The notes beneath the pieces were generated by a model that was given only the letters and a program-made list of their open reading frames with translations, did not search any database and was not told where the DNA came from. A program made the position numbers and the translations under genes. Positions 28,561 to 41,700 of a stretch of 64,000 bases of DNA are shown piece by piece. The DNA comes from Paraspadella gotoi (lineage: Eukaryota > Animalia > Chaetognatha). Within the stretch, counting starts at the first letter, position 1. Each line of letters starts with the position of its first letter. Location of the stretch: contig CM119269.1 of the NCBI GenBank assembly GCA_051294375.1, positions 4,856,686 through 4,920,685 of the forward strand, in the 5' to 3' direction.

Positions 28561-31500
28561 CGTCGCGTTTTCTCCCCTCCTCTTTATNNNNNNNNNNNNN
28601 NNNNNNNNNNNNGAAAAGGGAAAAGGAGAGGGAAAGGGAAAAGGAAAGGAAAAGGGAAACGGAAAAAGAAATGGGAAGAAAAGGGAAAAAGTATGTGAAA
28701 AAAGTAAAATAAAAGGGAAAAGGAAAGGGAAAAGGAAAGGAAAAAAGAAAAGGGAAAAGGGAAAAGGAAATTGAAAAAGAAAAAAGAAAAAGAAAAATAA
28801 GGAAAAAAAANNNNNNNNNNNNNNNNNNNNNNNNNAACCCAAAACAAAGTAGGAAATGTTTTTAAAAATTGAAAAAGAAAAAAGGGAGGTAAGACGACGA
28901 AGGCAGTGTCGTAAATGTCCAAAACCGAGGCAACATGTAGAGAAGTCGCGAAGGTATTTGTAAACAAGACGCGAAGTTCCGAAGGAGAGAGAAAAAGAGG
29001 ACTCGAATAGGAGAGTGGAGACACTCGACAGTCCGTGTAACGGCGCGAGAAAAAAAAAATAAAAAGAAAAAAACCGCTACGTCAGAACCTGAAAAAGGAA
29101 AAGAAAAAAGAAAAAAGAGAAAAGGGGGAGAGAGAGGGAACAGGAAGAACGGGAAAGGAGGAAAGGAAAGCGAAACCGGGGAACATCAAGAAAAGAACAA
29201 AAGAAAGCGAAAGAAAAGGGAAAAGTATGTGAATAAAGAAACAGTACAAATGAAGGAAAAGGGAAAAAGGAAAAGGAAAAAAGCAGAAATATGCGAAAGA
29301 AAAGGGAAAAGGAAATTGAAAAGATAAAAAAAGAAAAAGAAAAATAAAAGGAATAAAAAAAAAAACTAAAAAAAAAAAAAAATAAGGACAAGAATTTAGA
29401 GGTTGAGGGAAGAAATAAGGAGATGTAGAAGTTGAAGAAAGAGAAAGAGATGGAGGGATAAAAAGAAGGATTTTTAAAAAGAAGAAACGGAAAACTCCAG
29501 AGAAGAGGAAAAACAACGACGACCCGCGACGAAACAGCAGAGTGAGAAGAGGAACAAGAGAAATGCAAGGTCGGAAGAGAACGGAGAGCAGAAGAGCAGA
29601 GAGCAGAGAGAGGACGAATGGAGGTAGGAGAGAGATGAGATTTTTAAGAACGAGAGAAAATTAATCAAAAAAGTACGATGGAAAATGTACGGACTGCTTG
29701 GACAAAAAGTCCATGAGTAAATGCTTTACGTATCGACAAGTAGATTAAGAAATAAAAATGTGTTCTCGGCAATATTGGAAAGACGAGAGAGAAGAGACGA
29801 GAAAGAGATGATAGAGAGACGATAGAAGACGAGGAGGATCGAGACAGACGCGAGAGACTGAGACAAAAGAGGCAGATGAGAAGAGATAGAGAGAGAAGAC
29901 AGAGAGAGGAGAGAGCTTCTGCGGAATGCGAAAACGTTGAGCCAATTGTAAACGCCCAGCATTGTCCTTCTATTCAACGTCAATGGTGTCGCAAAAAAAC
30001 AGCCCCATCCTCCTCTCTCCTCTCTCTCTCATCTTCTCTCCTCTCTCTCTCTCTCTCTCTCTCGTCCTAACACGTAGAGGACTGGGTACGAGAGGAACAA
30101 TGCGTTTTACGTCGCGAGAAGCGCAAGGTCGGCAAAGTTTCTTTTGTGGGAGAGGAAAGAATGCAAAGGCTCCCGCGATTTTTAGATTTCTTAAGTAAGA
30201 ATCGAAGACAAACAGATTACCATCCAAATCGTTTTAATCGATTCTTAATCTTTAAAAACTTTTAGGTTTTTTTTTTTTTTTGCCCTATTTTCGAGAGCGG
30301 CCTTATTTCTGTTCCTTGTCGCTTCGCCGTCTCTTAATATTAATTTTAACCCTTGTTGATTTCGTTCCACAAACTTTTATTAAATATTTAGCTGCTAACT
30401 TCACCGAAACTAAACCTTAACCAATTTATATAATCCTAGTGCCTATCTTTAACCGCAGCACGCGTCAAATACCTATTCTTTGAACCCTAAACCATTTAAA
30501 CCCCTAAACCTAATATTAAAAAATACTTAATTCTAAATTTTAGCTGCAATTGCGCGGCCCACCATTGGGAAGATACGGCCAGTTTTTTGTTAATTGTATT
30601 CTATTAATGTTCTTTCAATGTTTTTTAACTCGATGATCCTGGGTACGTTGAGGTCAAAAAAGTAAGTCGGTACGAGAGCGCAGTGAAACGAACTTGTTTC
30701 TGTGAAGCAGAGAAAGGCATTAATCCGCACGACGAGTGACGCTTTCAAAACACTCAAATGAGAAAAAAGTTTAGTGAGCTCGGGACAGGCGAATAAACAG
30801 AGAAGACAATAAAAAAAGAGAGAAAGTAAAAAAAAGGAATGAATAAGAAAGATTGGAAAAGAGCGAAAAAAAGGAAATAATAGATAGGAAAAGAAAATAT
30901 GAAGAAAAAAGAAGAAAAGGACAGATAAAAGGAAAATAAAAAAGGCAAAGAAACAAGCGTGCGAAACGAAAAAAAAAACAACTTTTAGCGCTCTTGTTGT
31001 CGCGGCGACCAGATTTTTTCGTTTTTCTGAAATCGACTATAAAATCTTGTGTTCTCTCATATTAAGAACCGCCATTTTAAACAAAATTTAAAACATAAGT
31101 AACTCTACAACAAATTAAGCAAAATTTAAATTTTTAATTAACTTCAATATTATCCCTTTTTTTCTTTTGGACAGACAAATTCTTTCCGCCACTAACTGCA
31201 TTCGGTATACCCTATCATGCCTTCTCTCCTGATCTCTGATCCATCCTCGCTTCTCACCTTCCCCCTCGCTCCCAATACCACCCACCCACCTTCTCCGACC
31301 TTCTTACTCCTCTTTACCCAACCCTTTTCCCCCGGCTCATCTCCCCCTATTGCCTCCACCAGGCCGCACAACCTTTAAAGCCCCGGATGTTTTAGAGTCT
31401 GCGCGTCTTACGGTCCGCGAGATGGCTTCATTCACCTCCGATTTATTCGCCATCGCGTCACGAAGAACTCTTCCTTCATCGACTTTTTTATTGCCTCCCC

Positions 31501-32329
31501 ATTTACTCGCGCCTTTCTGTGTGCCTCCGCCATTCGCTACGTCTCCTCTCTTCCTTTTTTTTCTTTTATATTCCTTTATTTTTTTCCGTTTTCTTATGTC
31601 TTGCTGTTCCTCTCTTTTGCTTTCTCTCCTTTTTTCCCTCTTCTTACCTTCTTCATATCTTACTTAATCTTCAATGTTTTTTCTTACTGTGAACTTCTCC
31701 TCTCTCGCTTTACTCTCTCTTCTCTCTCTCTCTCTCACTCTCTTCCTCTCTCTTCTCTCTCTTCTCGTCTCTGCTCTCTCTCTCTCTCTCTCTCTTCTTC
31801 TCTCTCTTCTTTATGGGTCATAAAACCATCTTTTCTCCGTTTGTTTGTCGTCTGTTTTTCTTTTTTTTTTCTTCAAACAGCATCGCATCTTGCCCCCTCA
31901 TCCTGCCTCCCTACTCCTCCTTGCTCCATACTATCTTTTAAAAAACCGTGTTTTTTTTTCATGATCAAAGAACTCTATCGTCATTAAACCCCGGCCCGGA
32001 ATCGAGCATGAAACTCTTCAGGATCCAATTTTTTCCAGTCCTTGCCAAAATGGAGGCAGTTACAACCAACAAGCTAAATCTCTTTTGTTTTGACACCCTG
32101 TCTCTCTTTTTTTCTCTTCTCTTCTATCTACTCTATCCTCTCTCTCTCTTCTCTCTATCTCTTACTCTCTCTTTTCTCCTTAACTATCCAATTTTTTTCC
32201 CCTCTCTACCGTTCCTCAGCGGCTTCTTATCTCTGGTCATTATTCCGCCAACCCAATAAATCATTTTCTGCGCAATTTTGATTCACGCCCTGGCCAGTCT
32301 CTCCCACTCATTCTTTCTCTCTCTCTTCT

Positions 32330-32399
<70 letters not shown>

Positions 32400-35045
32400 T
32401 CTCGCGTCTCAAACCACACCCCCGCCACTCTCCTAGGACCGCCCCCCGAGCGCTCGCCACCTCACCCCTGGTGCTACGGAACTTTGGGGTGGAGATGGGG
32501 GGTGTATGAACTAATGAGGGGGAAAGCGTTTTCCTTCTGTTTATTCGAGGATGTCGATGTGAAGCTTGAGTCGGCGAAAAAAGCCGTCGGGAGATCGTGG
32601 CTTCTGAGTGATAAGCTTATCTGCGTGTGGTCTGTTGTTGTTGTGGTTTGTTGTACTGTTTTTGTTGCTTGTTTTTTATTTGTGGTTGTTGTAAACTGTT
32701 TTTGTTGTTTCTTGTTGATGTTGATGTAGTGTTTTGTTGTGTTGTGTCTTGTGGTTGTTGATACGGTTATCTGTAACGGTACTTATTGTTGTGACGTTCT
32801 ATTTTTGTTATATAATTGATACATGATAAGTATATTTTTTATTTAGTTCATCTTGTTTTATTCTTGTTTTACAAAACAATAGATGATGATCACCAAGAAA
32901 GACGATATAAATGAGCATCACCGTTGATCGCCGCGGGCACGCGTCGCTGGTGCTGAGAAATCGAGGACTTTCTCCAATCCGATTCGGTGCAGTCCAAACT
33001 TTGTGAAACTTTGTTCGCGCTTTTGCTTGCAAAAATATGCCACCATTTTCTGCAATCAATTTTACTCTGTCGCCTAGTAGAAATCAGAAGTATTGATATA
33101 ATTCACTACTGTGTCCCAATATCTTCAGATGAATTTATATTTTCGAAATCAAAATATTTTAAAGAAAAGTAACGATTAAATAAAACGTCAGGAGGACAAA
33201 ATGATTATTTTGTCTTCAGAGACATTGATTGATGGCACATGTGATGCCAAATTGATTGTCTTCAACATTTTAAAGTGAAAGCAGAGACTAAAATTTAACT
33301 AACCTTATTCATCGTACCACAAAGGTTAAAAATGTAATGTGTTACGTTTATCAACAAATAATACGGTCCGTTAATGTTTTAAAAAAAATATCCAGAACTG
33401 TAAATTTAGTTTAGTCGCAATCATTATGTTAAAATATTTATTAAATAAACTATAAATTTTGAACATTAGAAAAAAAAAAGCTCGTAAACGTGGGTGACAA
33501 ACTCGAGGCCTAAGAATGCGGTCGAGTAGTGTAGTCTTGCGTCAAACCAACTCGTCATTGCAATGCCAAATGTGAAGACTTCAGGGAAGCACGACGACGA
33601 CGAGGAGACTGACGACGACGACGACGAGAAGACGACGACGACGAACGACGATAACGACGACGATGAGGACGACGACGTCGCGATAATCGAGATGACGTCA
33701 ACAACGAATTGTAATTGATGTTCGCGACTCATCACTGTCGCGGGTTTTGAGAAGAGAGAGAGAGAGGTGAGATGAGAGGAGAGAGAGAGAGAGTTGAGAA
33801 GAGAGAGAAGAGAGAGAGATTTCGTTTTTCACAGGTTTTTTTCTCTCTGTGACTTTTTGTGCCCGTTCGTTCGTCGTTGCGATTTTCATGGTCGTCGTGA
33901 TTATCGTTGATATCTGTCAAAACGACTTCTATATTCTTTACTTTATGAGTCTTCCCACGCGTATTCTCTTTGGATTAAAAGAAAGAAAAATTGCAAACTT
34001 TAAAAAATAAACAATGTGTTAAAAACAAACGAAGATCTTCTCTCCTGGGGGGGGAGTGGAAATTGGGGATCTGGAAGAGGATAGAAAAGAGAGGACGAAG
34101 ATAGAGGAAGAAGGAAAGGGTGAAGAGAAAAGTAAACGAAATGGACTAAAGGGAAAGGAGAAATAGAAAATACAAACTGAAAGAAACGAAAATGAATGCG
34201 ATGGAAAATAAAGAAAACGATTTAAAAAATAGAAAAAGTAGGAAAGGAAGGGATTAGTATAAACACTAAAGGAAAAAGAGAAAGGATTAGATTTGAAAAA
34301 ATCTGGCTCTCTTATTCAAAAGCGCCAATTTTTAGTATTTAGTTTTAACCGTAATATTGAACCTAAATCAGATGCCAAACCTGTAAATCTATCTCAAACT
34401 TTATCCTTAATGCTAATCTTTAACCCTAACCTTTAGCTCTATAACCTTATACCTAATCCTAATGCATATTGATAATTGTTAACCCTAATAACCTAACTAA
34501 AAATAAACTTAATTATGAATATTTAATGAAGTGGGGCTTTATATGAAAATAAGGCCAAAAATAAAATAAACGAAGATACAAAGTAATCTAGATGTGAACA
34601 AATAAAAAATGTAAAAAGAGAAAAAAGTCCCCAAACCCCTTCTTTCTCCTTCCCTCTATAAGCGGCGTTCTTGTTTCAAGAAAACTTTTTTCCCTGGTTT
34701 TCCGCTCCATTCTCTCGGCTCTGCGGACCGGTTTTTTTTAAACCCCATTCTAAAACCGCCGCACGCTCGCCGCCACGCCGCAGGCCCGCTCCGTCCCGCC
34801 CGCAACTGGCCTTTCCCCCCCCCCTTTTGCGTTCGTCGTCCCTCTTTCGCCAAAATAATCTACCAATCGAGTCTCTGGGTCAGCGCAATCTTTTCCATTT
34901 TTTCATATTTCCGATGACCGAAAATTAATTTTCCGTTTCTCGCTTTCTCGAGTCGTTTTCGAGAGATTTCTTCCTCCCCGCCAGAGGCGCTGGAGTCCGC
35001 TGGTTTTTATCGACGGAGCTCTTCTCTCTCTTCTTCTTCTCTCTT

Positions 35046-35082
<37 letters not shown>

Positions 35083-35554
35083 CTCTCTCTCCTCTCTCTC
35101 TCTCTCTCTCTCATGCTGGTAGCACAAACTGAGTTTCGTGAGATTATCAACTCCGGTTGTAAAGTGTAATTTCAAACTGTAAATAAAAGTTATAAATACT
35201 CTATCAACAAAATTGCCTTACAAGTTTGAATATGTGAATATTGATTCTAAATTTTCTAATATTGTAAAGATCGAGCACGTTAACGATTCAAGCATACTTC
35301 GTAAGAAAAATATGTAAAAAAAAAATCTTAAAAAGCATAAGGATTCACCATTGATGATAAGTCATTCATTCATCGTAAATAAAACAAACAATTGCGTGTA
35401 TGAGTGAATAAGAGAGAGAGAGAGAGGAGAGAGAAGGAGAGAGAAGAGAGAGAGAGGCCTGGACTAGTTTTCCCGCCAACGAAACCCGCAATCAGATTTT
35501 TAGGAAAAATCTTCAAAAGCAATAGGGATCGAGCCAGCTTTTCGTGGTAACAAA

Positions 35555-35718
35555 TATTATGCGATGATAACTAAATATTGATGCGATGATAATCAAGTTA
35601 ATTGATTTTGCGATGATAGTCATTCATTGATGTGATATAATCATTCATTGATATGATGCATAATCATTCATTGATGCGCATGATAGTTCATTCATTGACG
35701 CGATGGAGTCATTCATCG
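35555..35718 (+). repeat. ~22-bp minisatellite (TGATGCGATGATAGTCATTCAT), ~7 copies
   Basis: GCGATGATA and TCATTCATTGA recur; a related single unit lies at ~35350-35378. Confidence 0.8.
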
Positions 35719-38700
35719 TAAATAAAAAAAACAAATGCGTGTTTTTGTGCCCTGAAATTTAATTATCTACGTTTTTAAAAGTGAAGGAAAGAATAATTTC
35801 GAATTTTATTAAGGATAAGTAAAGAAAGATGTTATGATTAAAAGAGAGAGAGAGAGAGTAGGAAGAGAGAGAAAGAAAGAAAAAAAAACAGAATAAGAGA
35901 GAACGAAGTTGCCAAGAATTGAGCCCAACAATTTTCCGGACTGTAAAGACGAAAGATCGCAGAGGGAGAGAGGATTAATAAAAACAGTCAAAGAGCCACA
36001 TCCATGTACCCCAGGTGTTACCGATAGGGAAAAAGGGAGAAAAAACCTTTTTTCAAAATAATGTGGTTCATGTTTGTTTTTCCACCTCTCAACTCTCGGT
36101 AATAATTTAAGGTTTATAATAAGACAAATAAAACCAACCCTCCTCTCTCTAGAAAATATAAAAAAAAATATACAATACTCAGATCACATTATTTCTCTGG
36201 ATGTTACAAATTATTTAGGAAAATAATAATGGTATAAATGAAAGGAGTATATATACAATGGTGTCGTGTGTGTTGCCTCCTCATGGCTGACTTTTAAGAG
36301 TAGGAACCGGGAGATTAAGAGAGAAAAAGAGAGGGGCTTTATATGGGGTGATGGGGTTGATAAAGGAGGGGTTTTCTTTTTTCTTCGAATGATTTTTTTT
36401 CCCCTTTTTTCTTTTACGAAGGGAAGAGAAAAAATAATTTCAATAAGGGGCAGGACGGGCAAACCAGAAAAAAAGCTAGTTTCTTTCGACTCGCAAAACA
36501 ATTTCCTTAACCTAAAATTTTCTTCATTTAAAGAAGAAATCCCCAAAGACGATATGATGTGACCGTGATGTGACTTGTGTTGCGCTGAGAAAACTCAAGA
36601 GCTGTGAATACGCATTTAACCCCAAATTTTTTTCAATAAAACCTCGCTCGTTCAAGGGCTCAAACTGTCGCTTTGTACTGTTTAAAAGGGTCTGTTATTT
36701 TCCCCCGGGTTTTTTCTGGGAAAGAAGGAAATATTGAAAGACCTTCCTAAATTACTTTCTGTGAATGTTTTCTTTGATTTTTCCGAATTTTATTTCCCGG
36801 AACATGCCATTTGAGTTTTCTTTTTTTTTTTTCTTTCTTTTTTTATCCGTTTTCTTGGGAACCGAACCGAAGGTTTCGGAGGAAGAAGAAGGAAGAAAAA
36901 AGAAAAAAAAATTTTCGGAACTTTCCTTTCTTTTTTCCAAGATCAAATAATTCGAGAGGGCGGAAGGAATAGTTTATGGAGAAAATTCGTTCCTTAATTA
37001 TAGTAAATAACAGAAACTGTTATGATGTACATAGTAGGAGTCTAGGGATGTAACAAAAAAAATCCGATTTCATAATGCGCCCCCGCAAAGAGAGAAGAAG
37101 TATATCGGGACCCGCAAAAAAAACAAGTGAGGATGAGAAGAATAAGAGAAATGAAAAGAGAAGAGAAAAAAGGACTAGAGAGCCCAACTATCCGCCTGGA
37201 CCTCCCTCGCCTGCAGCTGAAATCATCGAATCATGATTTCAGAAACGCCATATAACAATCTGACAAGGTAATAAAAAAGAGGGCGAAGACTCGTTTCGCA
37301 TTTCTAAAGTGAGGTTTTTTTACATGAAAATGTCAATAATAAAAAAATTTGTAGGTGGTGGCCGGTGCCGGCAATAACTAATAAAAAAAACCAAGTCTCC
37401 AATCTTGAATGGAAATTTATAGCATTGCTTCTTTTTTTTAAGAAAAACCAGACCGAGGTTAAAATTTCAATCATTGCATATTTAACTAATTATAAATATT
37501 TACTCCCAACTTCAAATAATTATCATTTTTAAAAAAGAATAAAAATGATAATATATATCACTAAAAAAAATTTACAATTTAAAATTTAAAACAATTGTAA
37601 ATAACAATATATGGGGAAACCGGATGCTTTGAAAAGATAAAATGATGGGGGAGTAGATGGTGGGGTAATACTGAGCCAGAGTGATACTGCATATCTTGAT
37701 TGTCGTGGAAAAAAACTTCCATATAGTGTGGACTACGGAGATTAGTAATGGGCCAATATTTGTAGGAAATCCTTGTCCCGGTTCGTTCTTTCTTGTTCAG
37801 GTTGGAAAACTGTATGTTTTCCAGGGGATTTGAAAAAGATCTTAGGGGAAAACCTTTAAAAACAGGTTTAAAAAATCATTGGCCAAAAGTGGTCATCGGT
37901 GGTAGAATCAGGAAACAACGTGAGCAAAAGAAAGTGGAAGTGTACAATGACATACAATTAATAATTTAAATCTAAAAACCCAAATCTAATTAAAAACCAA
38001 TAAAACTGTTCTTATATATAAACGAACAGTAATACTTAAACAATAAAAGTACTCATTAAGTTAAAAAAATATTCACAAATATAACTAAAGACACAACAAA
38101 AAAAAAAAAAAAAACAAGTCACGTAAGAAAAGAAAAGAGAATATTCCAAAAAAAAAATATATATGCAACTAAATTATTTCCGCGCAATTGCGCGGACAGG
38201 TATCCAAGCAGCGGATATGTTATATCAGCAAGCAAGCTGCATAAATAGGTTCGGTAGCTATCATATAGTGGTTAATGAACAATACATAACTTATCTAATA
38301 TAATATATCATAAGAGATGGGTTATAATCTTCAAAAATAAGAAAACCGTAAAAAATATCGAAAAGATCGCTCACAACTCTCTCGCGTACCTTGTCATTGA
38401 AGAGATAGTAAAAATAAAATAATATGGACATGAAATATAACGTATTCCTATATATAAAAATTTTTGTGTAAATATAACCTGTTGGAAAAAATTGTATGAA
38501 AAACCTCAATAAGAGGGATTTAAAAACAGGCAGCGATTTTTATCCTTTCTTTATATAACAAAAATTAATTCTCTGTACATGAGTGATAGGAGTAAGTGGT
38601 ACATATTTCTTTTTTGAAATTTTTTCCATAAGTGAAAATGGAAAACTGATTGAATAAAGTAAGAAGAAAGACGACGGGGAGGGAGGAGAGGAGGAAATAA

Positions 38701-41700
38701 CCGACGACCGACCGTGAAGATGATTGAGAGATTGATTGGTTTATTTGGGCGAGGAGAAAAAGAGAGAGAAGGGGGAAAGTGAGGAAAGGTGATGGGATAG
38801 GAATGTTGGGTGGGCCCCGGAAGGAACGTTTGGGAAAATTTCCCCGATTAAAGGAAAAAAGGAGGGAAAAGGATTTATGGAGAAGTCACGGGAGACGGGA
38901 AAGAAAAAAGAAACAAACCCAAATTTTCATCCCGTTAAAGAAGATTTTTCTGGATTTCGTTCCAAAAAAAATTCGGGTCCGCCAGGCAGGTTGTGAGCAG
39001 AAATAATAATTAAACAAATAACGAGATTACTTACAAGAATCAAGAACAAAAACTAGAATTCAAACCCAAAAATCGAAGTATGGACAAAAAAAAAAGGTCA
39101 AGGCAAAAATACACCTAAAGTAAAGTATCTCTACATGAAATAATTATATAATTTTAATAGTAGTCACAAAAAAACAGAAAAGAAAGCCGAAAGAACCGGG
39201 AGGAGAGATGACGCGACCGAGCAACAATGATGAACTCGTTTGGCCAGAGTGTGACGGACGGAAAAGTGTGAGGAGCAACAAAGGGATAGAACAGTTTTCA
39301 AAGAGAGGTGGGTGATTACTTCCTGATGTGGGAGGAGAACGCACGGGGCAGAGGAGAGACAGACTAGAGAGGTAGAAGATAGAGAGAGAGGAGAGGTAGG
39401 GAGGGGACCATTTGATTTTTTGTATGGGAAGGGGCGCTTTTTTTTAGAGCGGAGGCCCTTGTGTGAAAACTCGTTTCCAAATATATCTTACGTCGGTCTT
39501 TACAACGTGAATAAATTTTTTTTTTTTGTGTTACCACACACAGTGATTATTTATAATTATATTTTTAAATATTGATTTGTAGAGTTGTAGTTAGATTTTG
39601 ATTTGTGTATCGGGTAAATGTGAAATTAGAAAATTTATAAAGAGAAATGAGAAAGAAGTAATTCCGATTTTTTTAAAGAAAAAAAGAAAAAAAAGAATTT
39701 TTTGGTAAAAGAAAAAAAGAGAAGGGGTTTTTAATTTCGGTATTTTCTACTTCCAGCAAAGACGGTTAGGGAAAATTTTTAAGGGGATTTTTTCGGTTTT
39801 CGTGATTTTTTTTGATCGTAATTTTTTTCCCAAAGAAAAAATTTTTCGGTTCTTTTTGTAATTTAAATAACTTTTTGACGAGAAACCGGGGAACAATTTA
39901 TTTTCAAAGAAAAAAAAACCACCAATTTTAGAAGGGAGGCACCCCCACCCGCAAAAACCGCCGGGAAAGTATTAAGGTGACACAAACGGGGATAACTGGT
40001 TTTTTGCGTGGAAAGCGCTTTGGATTGCTTATATACGCAAGAAAGGAGGAGAGGAAGACAGAGCAAAGAAAAGCAGAATCCGCCAAGTGTTAATTGATCG
40101 CAACTCCTGCTCTTATACGTCAATAACAAGTACCCAAAAAAATAAGTTAGAAAGATCAAACAAATCCTTGAATTTAATATTCGGGCGAGTAGTTTTATAT
40201 AATGATCTTCTCAGAGCATCAAGCTTGAAAATATTCTATTTAAAATATTTAACACGATAACGATTCGGTCACTCTCGAGTTGACTCATCAAAACGGCAAT
40301 AAAAACCCAAATAAAAAGAATAAATATTATAAGGTGCAAAATAAAGCCCCTCTAACCCACCGACAATTTGTGGGTTACTCGTGCCCCGCGCAAACGGGCA
40401 CGAAATCCAGGTCAAGTAAATTAGTCATTTCATCAAATATTCTACAAAACAAAAATTAAGATATTCTCCCCACCGATGTAATCATAAATCAATCAGAATA
40501 AACCCACCTACTTGTTAACATTTGGGACTTTGCTATCCGAGGACAACCGACCATGCTCTGAACTAAATAGAGACACTGCACTAAATAAACACCAGCCCAT
40601 TATTATAAAAGAGGAAGAAAATGAATAAGAGAAGTACTTTCTCCCTAAAAAAAAAAAAAAACTCAGGATGATGTGACAGTGGTAAAAGTGAATATTTTTA
40701 TAATTGTAAAAAAAAGAATGACAAGAAGAGTATGTGAGTTAAGTTTAAAAGAAAACAAGACGAATAGACCAGATGAAGATTAAAAGAACCATAGAATAAA
40801 ATAAAGTAACATTTCGATACTTGAATGAATATGATAGAAACTAAGGAAGGAAACGAGAAACCAAACGAGAAAAAGGTATGAGATAGAATGATACAAAGAA
40901 AGAAGCAATAGAACAGCCCCAATCTGAACCCCCCAAAGAAAAAACCCACCCGGCTCGTTGTGTGGTTTAAAAACCGATACAGAATATCAATAAATCAAAG
41001 AGTCCTGTCGCTCTCCAAAACCAAAAAAACCTGCATCACAATCATATATCCTATTTATAGACAAAGAAAAATATCCCAAATAATCAAGAAGGATTATTTC
41101 AAAAAAAAAAACACACCGACCCCCCAAAATTCTATCATCCTCGGCACGAACACGCAAATAGAGACTCTCTTCAAAACACAAACCTGATGATGACATGAAG
41201 AAATAGAAAAAACTAAAAACTTTACGTTTAAAACTGTAATAAAATAAAACACAACCGCCATCCCCTTCAGAAAAATAAACGGCAGCGCCGTAAAAAGAAG
41301 ATAGTAATATTAATAATAAAAATATAAAAAATAAAAGAAAGGACAAACCAAAAATAGTTAAAATAATTAACTACACTGGAAATTTATAAACAAAATATGG
41401 AAACATTATCCTTCCAATTTTTTACCAAATCGCTAAGCTATGTAAAAATAGATTTTTATATTTAATTATGTTATTAAAATTAAAAGATAAATAGACTCTC
41501 ATTACAAACCCAAATCCTTTCCGAAGTTTCCATTTATCTAATACCCAAAAATATAAAAGAAAAAAAAATTAATAAAAAAAAAAAAAAAATTATTAATTAG
41601 AAGATTTCAATCTAATCAATTATAATACTTGCAATATAAGGTAAAAAATTTAAAGAACAATTAAAAAAGCATAATTCAATAATATACAATACCATTTGAG

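Noticed and set aside
36000-40200. Possible genes in the A-rich segment
   Set aside because: Looks like low-quality unpolished read sequence, with no sustained ORF or recognisable motif.
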